Assembly: GCA_963693365.1 (NCBI GenBank)
Contig: CAVNZM010000005.1
Coordinates: 6,083,167-6,147,166, forward strand
From: Amoebidium appalachense
Lineage: Eukaryota > Protista > Ichthyosporea
DNA: 64,000 bases
Reading direction: 5' to 3'
The notes under the pieces: model-generated
What the model saw: the letters and a program-made list of their open reading frames with translations, nothing else
Database searches by the model: none
What the model was told of the DNA's origin: nothing
In this document: positions 45,591 to 64,000 of the stretch, piece by piece
Numbering within the stretch: position 1 is the first letter of the stretch
How the letters are laid out: every line of letters begins with the position of its first letter
Translations under genes and position numbers: made by a program

Positions 45591-46353
45591 GATGTATGCG
45601 TTATAGAGGGTTGGAAATATGGAGGAGACAACAAAGAGCAACAACAAAGCGTCACAAAGGTGGGAAATCCAAAACCAAACAATTTCAGCGTGCAGGCAGA
45701 AGACACTTGAACAGAGCCCATCATCAGGGGGGTTCCTATGCCTCCACAAAAGCATGGGTTTCGACTCTTTAACCTCTCGCGCGTGGTTCCCAACCCATAC
45801 TTTGTTTCAACAGCAATAGGAGAGTGGGAGGGGGGGGGGGGGGGTTGACAGAGCCTCGGTAACAGCGTGGCTTCGATTGCAGAATAGCGCAGAGATCCAC
45901 AGTGACATTCAAACCGAACGCGGAGCACGTGGGTGTGTGTGAGGTTACACATGATGTTAAGTGTGCACATGTGAAAGCATCTTGGAGTGGGCAGGGCAGG
46001 TGGTTGGATTGGTGGTGGTGGCGAAATCAGGTCGGTCGGGGTGGGTGGGTGGGTGTGGGGGAAAGGAGGAGGTTTCTAACTAATGCTACCCCCACCAGTA
46101 AGACTATTGCGTATGGGTAAATATCGGACGAGCAGTACAGGCAGAGAGAGTTTAAATATAAGAGCAACTCGGGGGCAGAGGCGTTTGTGAATATGTTTTT
46201 AAACAAAGACACTCTAGAGCAACATGAAAAGAAAGAGAAATCATCATATACCTTGATTGTGATGTCAGAGCCGACGCTAGATCCGTACGAACGAGCCCAT
46301 GCTGTGGTGGCACGGGACACGGTGGGGGCAAGAGCAGCAAAACGGCCGGCCAT
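42845..46353 (-). CDS. CBS-pair (Bateman module) protein with probable mitochondrial presequence, ~181 aa (CBSX3-like)
   Basis: Exons 46353-46252, 45441-45319, 44871-44722, 44127-44053, 43698-43633, 42874-42845, all phase 0. Translation has TVNQAAKTMNEKNVGSVIVLDGDKVHGIVTERDFLKK and ETVSGCMSLMTQEGLRHLPVVRNGSIVDVISIRDLV, the two CBS repeats. Confidence 0.92.
43210..43357 (-). repeat. Short intronic repeat family copy (subfamily 2)
   Basis: Reverse complement of 50901-51042 with few mismatches; shares the ends CCTGAGGATGGGCTCTGCTTAT...GCATTCAA with the other copies. Confidence 0.85.
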
Positions 46354-46395
46354 GGTGGTGGTTGGGTGTGGGGAGCGAGGGGTAGTAGTTTGGTC

Positions 46396-47425
46396 TGTGT
46401 GAGAGTAAGGGGAAAGGAAAGGAAAGTACGTGGTTAGCATGGGTGTCTCGTGCCGTGTATGCTATTCAGGCACCAATGCAGTGGAAAAGAGCATCGTTGC
46501 CCGCTTGGCTCCTTTCATCAATGGGGCCTTCTCCCTTTACACTGTGATGCACGGTGCCTCACATGGCAAAGGCCATGGTGGTGGGTTTGAAAGTAGAGTG
46601 AGAGGGGGAAGACGTGGAGGTGTCGAGAAACGTAAAGGAGAAGGTGGGAGGAGAAGGAGGGGCGGGGGGGAGGGGGGGGACAAGGGAGGGGGAATGGGGG
46701 GGGGGTTAAAAACCCTGATTGTACGTGGTGGCCAATCTTTAATCCCCAGTGTTTTTCCAAATCGAGAAACGTAAATAGTGTAAATACAATACATGTATAC
46801 GTAGCTTACAGCCTGTGTGTGAAGGTTGAATGCCATGAAAAAGGCAGATACTGAATGACAGGTGTCCTGTGTCAAAAGACGTTTGGGTTGCCTGAAATTT
46901 GAGTTGCCTGTTTGTTGACTGCTGTGAATTTGCCCAAGCCCAGGCTTCGGTAGAAATGCCAGATGTGGTGCAAAAACAAAGTCTCCTATGAACACAACAG
47001 TAAAGCGAAGTGAAACAATAATAACAAGTCAGGGCAAACTATTGGAGAGCTTGTTTCAGGATGTAGTATGGCGGGCAAAAGTCGACCTAATAACGCAGCA
47101 AAAAAGTGTGCTGAGTTTCTCAAATCATACTCCTGGAAACGCCAAACGTACTGCCGTGTATGCCTCGCCACAGTCAGGCGGAAAGGAAGAAAGAAACTAA
47201 AAAGAAACGGCTGTTCGGTACGTTTCCTTGCAACAGAGAGAAGTCACGGAGGGCCAAAAAACACACCGACAACAAACCCACCTCAAAAAAGGCAGACTGA
47301 GTCACCAGAACGCAAACTGCGTCGTTTTGTAAACGCGGGGGAAGCGATCGGCTCACGAGCCACAGCGGCGAAAGCCTTTATCCAGGTCGCAAATTGATTG
47401 GTCCAGCTCGCAGCCTCGCCAATGT
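46396..47425 (-). promoter_or_regulatory. Probable 5'-UTR intron and promoter of the CBS gene
   Basis: CTAAC + pyrimidine tract + CAG ~42 nt upstream of the ATG; candidate donor at ~47221; CCAAT boxes at ~47397 and ~47419. Confidence 0.4.
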
Positions 47426-49447
47426 AATCAATATGTATGTTCATTTGAGTTAGTACCACCTCAGTTATCCGTATGCTTTCTTTCTTTTTATCTACTAATA
47501 TTTTATTAAAATTTGAGGTAGCTGTAACAATCGTGGATTTTTTACTTGTACTTAACTTTCGGCTGCTGATACCTCATCAGTTGCGTCTGAGTCACGGCAT
47601 TGACGGCAGTACATGTAAACTATTCCTATTTGACAATTGTCATTGCGGCAAACGCTGTGTACCTCCTTCCAAAAATAGCAGGTTCTTTTCCGCCAATCAA
47701 TTTTTTTTCGACCGTGAGAAAACTATCAAGTGAGCACTGAGAGTGAGATGATCTAGAATTCCATTTCCAAACCCACGCATAAATAGCGCCTATTAGGTAA
47801 ATAGATTCTGGCCCACTATAAAGAAATTTTAAATAGTTCCTTTTTTTCCTTCTTCACACGGATGTACATACTCTTTCTACATCGACGTGCAGATCAGCAT
47901 CCATGATGATAGATCAACTGCACCGCCAGCCTTTCTTTTCTTTTTTTTTGCTCAATGCTCAGTGCTCACAGCAATGCTCATTCGTGGGCAGGCTTTTCAT
48001 TGGACCAGGCTGCCTAACGTCTCGGCCAATAGGAAAGCGGGTCACACAAACAACATCGTCATCGAGTTGTCACTTGTGTCGACCCAAAGCAGCTACCAAA
48101 GCAGCCTCTTCACAACAAACCAAAAAAAAAAACAAAAAAAAAAAAAACAGCGGAGATTCTGAGTTAGTTATTATATATGTATGTGTTCATATATATCAGA
48201 CAAGCACCAATTTTGTTAGGTAACACGCCTATAGAAACCAGGTGTCGAGAACTTACAATTATTCTGCTTTAGGTCATATCATCGTCGCTTGAACCGTCGG
48301 GCCCTGTCTTGTGCTTACAATGATAACCCTACCCTTTTTGGTGTAAAGGCATCGAAGCATGCCTCCCCCTTCCCCCCCCCCCCCCCCCCCCCCCGTTTAT
48401 GCACTGGCGTATGTGTGCCTTTCGAATCAAACCTCTCATCCTCCTTGCCCGTTGAAGTAATTCTCAGTCGAAGTCGGCTGATTGACTTCCCTCATGGCTA
48501 GACTGATAGACTGAGGGGTTATACACGGAAGGTTACAATTGCGGGTGGCTTGGACCGAAAGAAAACTTTAATTGTGCAGCTATTCCCCAAGACGGTTACT
48601 TACTCGTGTTCTTAGCGGCATTATGTTGTAGAGCTTGAGCGGATATCCAGGCCAGCAAGGTTTGCATAGTTGCAGGTCACAGTTGTGTGAACTTGTCAGA
48701 AGGCCGTTAACACTCAACTTCTAAGGCTATGAGGGGAAAGAAGATATGGGCAACAATAATACACCCGACCGTTTAGAACAAGGGTATTTGATTCATCGGG
48801 TATGGGTGACGTGATGAACCTTTTCGTTCTCCAGATATCTAAGGCCTTCGTAAATATAGTAGTATAAAGTCTTTTCTTGCATGCACCCTTGCTGGCTGGT
48901 GCGGTTTCGAAGGTTCGCATTCTTTTGGATGCTCTATTATCCAATAAAATCTCTCGAGCAATAAAAAATTTATGTACATTGTGCGGGCCCAAAAACGAAG
49001 GTGCGCAGTCACATGTGCAGTCTGTGTTGAAACTCGAGCCTCAGTGCCACGGTCTAAGACTTCACCCAGCCTCGGCTCAGCCTGCCCAGCGCTAACTAGC
49101 GCGCTTGCCCTGAAATGACCTTCATGACTCAGAACATTTGAAATTTGCTAAGAGCTAACTCCTCTTCATGTTAGCATCGGCTCGTGTTAGAACTTTGAGC
49201 ACAGTTCTTGTTTGTTACGTAATTGAAGGGCCCTATAGTGCGTTTTAGATCTCCAGAACTACGCAAAGATTATATATGTACAGACGCAAGCACCCTGAAT
49301 AATCTTTTGTAACATATGACAGCACATGAACAGTGTCGTTTCTTTCACAGAGAGCATTGTTTTCTTCTGGACTGGTCTGGACATCACACTTGATCGCTAG
49401 GACCCTGTCAAGTGGAATAAGTACAGCTTAATGAGCAGCAGATTAGA

Positions 49448-63254
<13,807 letters not shown>

Positions 63255-63321
63255 GTGTGTGTGTGGGTGGGTGGGTGGGTGGGTGGGTGAGTGGGTGGGT
63301 GAATGTGTGTGTGTGTTGGTT

Positions 63322-63495
<174 letters not shown>

Positions 63496-64000
63496 GCGCC
63501 GCTCGTGTGCGTCCATGAGGGGTTGGTTGGTGGGCCTCGGTGAATAAGAGTGAATGCTTGAATATTTGGGATGTGATCTTTGTATATTGAGTATACAAGT
63601 ATGTGTTTGCGTTGCATGCCCGCACGATGTATGTGTGCACGGTCATTTTACCTAAAAATTCATATAAATTATCGAATTATCATTTTACCTCCAGGACCTA
63701 TGCCTTGCACTAATATGCTTGTCATACACACATGATGGTTTGCAGTTCCATCAATTATCCATTTGGGACATTTAACTCTTTATGAATCTACTATGTTTCA
63801 ACTACGAGTCCCCCCATTTAGGTTACTGTAGTCGTGCCCAAGAACACCACATAAACCCCCACCCTGTAAATTTCGTGCAGTGAAAAGCAGCGGTGCCCAG
63901 CCTGGACAGACCGCATTCTCCACCATGCCCCAGGGGGAGACATGAAACAGGTTTGTGCAGATTGTTATCACAGCTTTCATCCCCACCCCCTCCCCCCCCC

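Noticed and set aside
48714-48992. 92-aa ORF in unique intergenic DNA
   Set aside because: Non-ATG start, no recognisable motif or splice support; possibly old TE debris.

Overview
Eukaryotic nuclear DNA from an intron-rich genome; the gene set is compatible with a unicellular opisthokont, but that is inference only. Introns are full of poly-C/G tracts and (CA)/(GT)/(GA) microsatellites, so almost all long ORFs in the supplied track are low-complexity artefacts. Six spliced GT-AG genes can be assembled by hand: (1) the 5' part of a class II aldolase/adducin-family gene (-, runs off the left edge); (2) a taxilin-family coiled-coil gene (-); (3) mitochondrial inner-membrane peptidase IMP2 (+, head-to-head with taxilin); (4) a large secreted mosaic protein (-) with Cys-rich repeats, two F-type lectin domains, PAN, EGF-Ca and bacterial-style SdrD-B/prealbumin-fold repeats; (5) a CBS-pair protein (-); (6) an OCRL/INPP5B-type inositol 5-phosphatase (+, runs off the right edge). 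There are also three decayed non-LTR retrotransposon 3' fragments, a young ~2.1 kb non-coding element with split direct repeats and an internal 41-bp hairpin array, and several minisatellites. Most notable: a ~100-150 nt intronic repeat family that is sense to its host gene in every case and carries a hammerhead-like half motif; recurrent duplications of splice junctions into the adjacent intron; and splice sites built from complementary (GT)n/(CA)n microsatellites. All exon coordinates are manual and need transcript confirmation.
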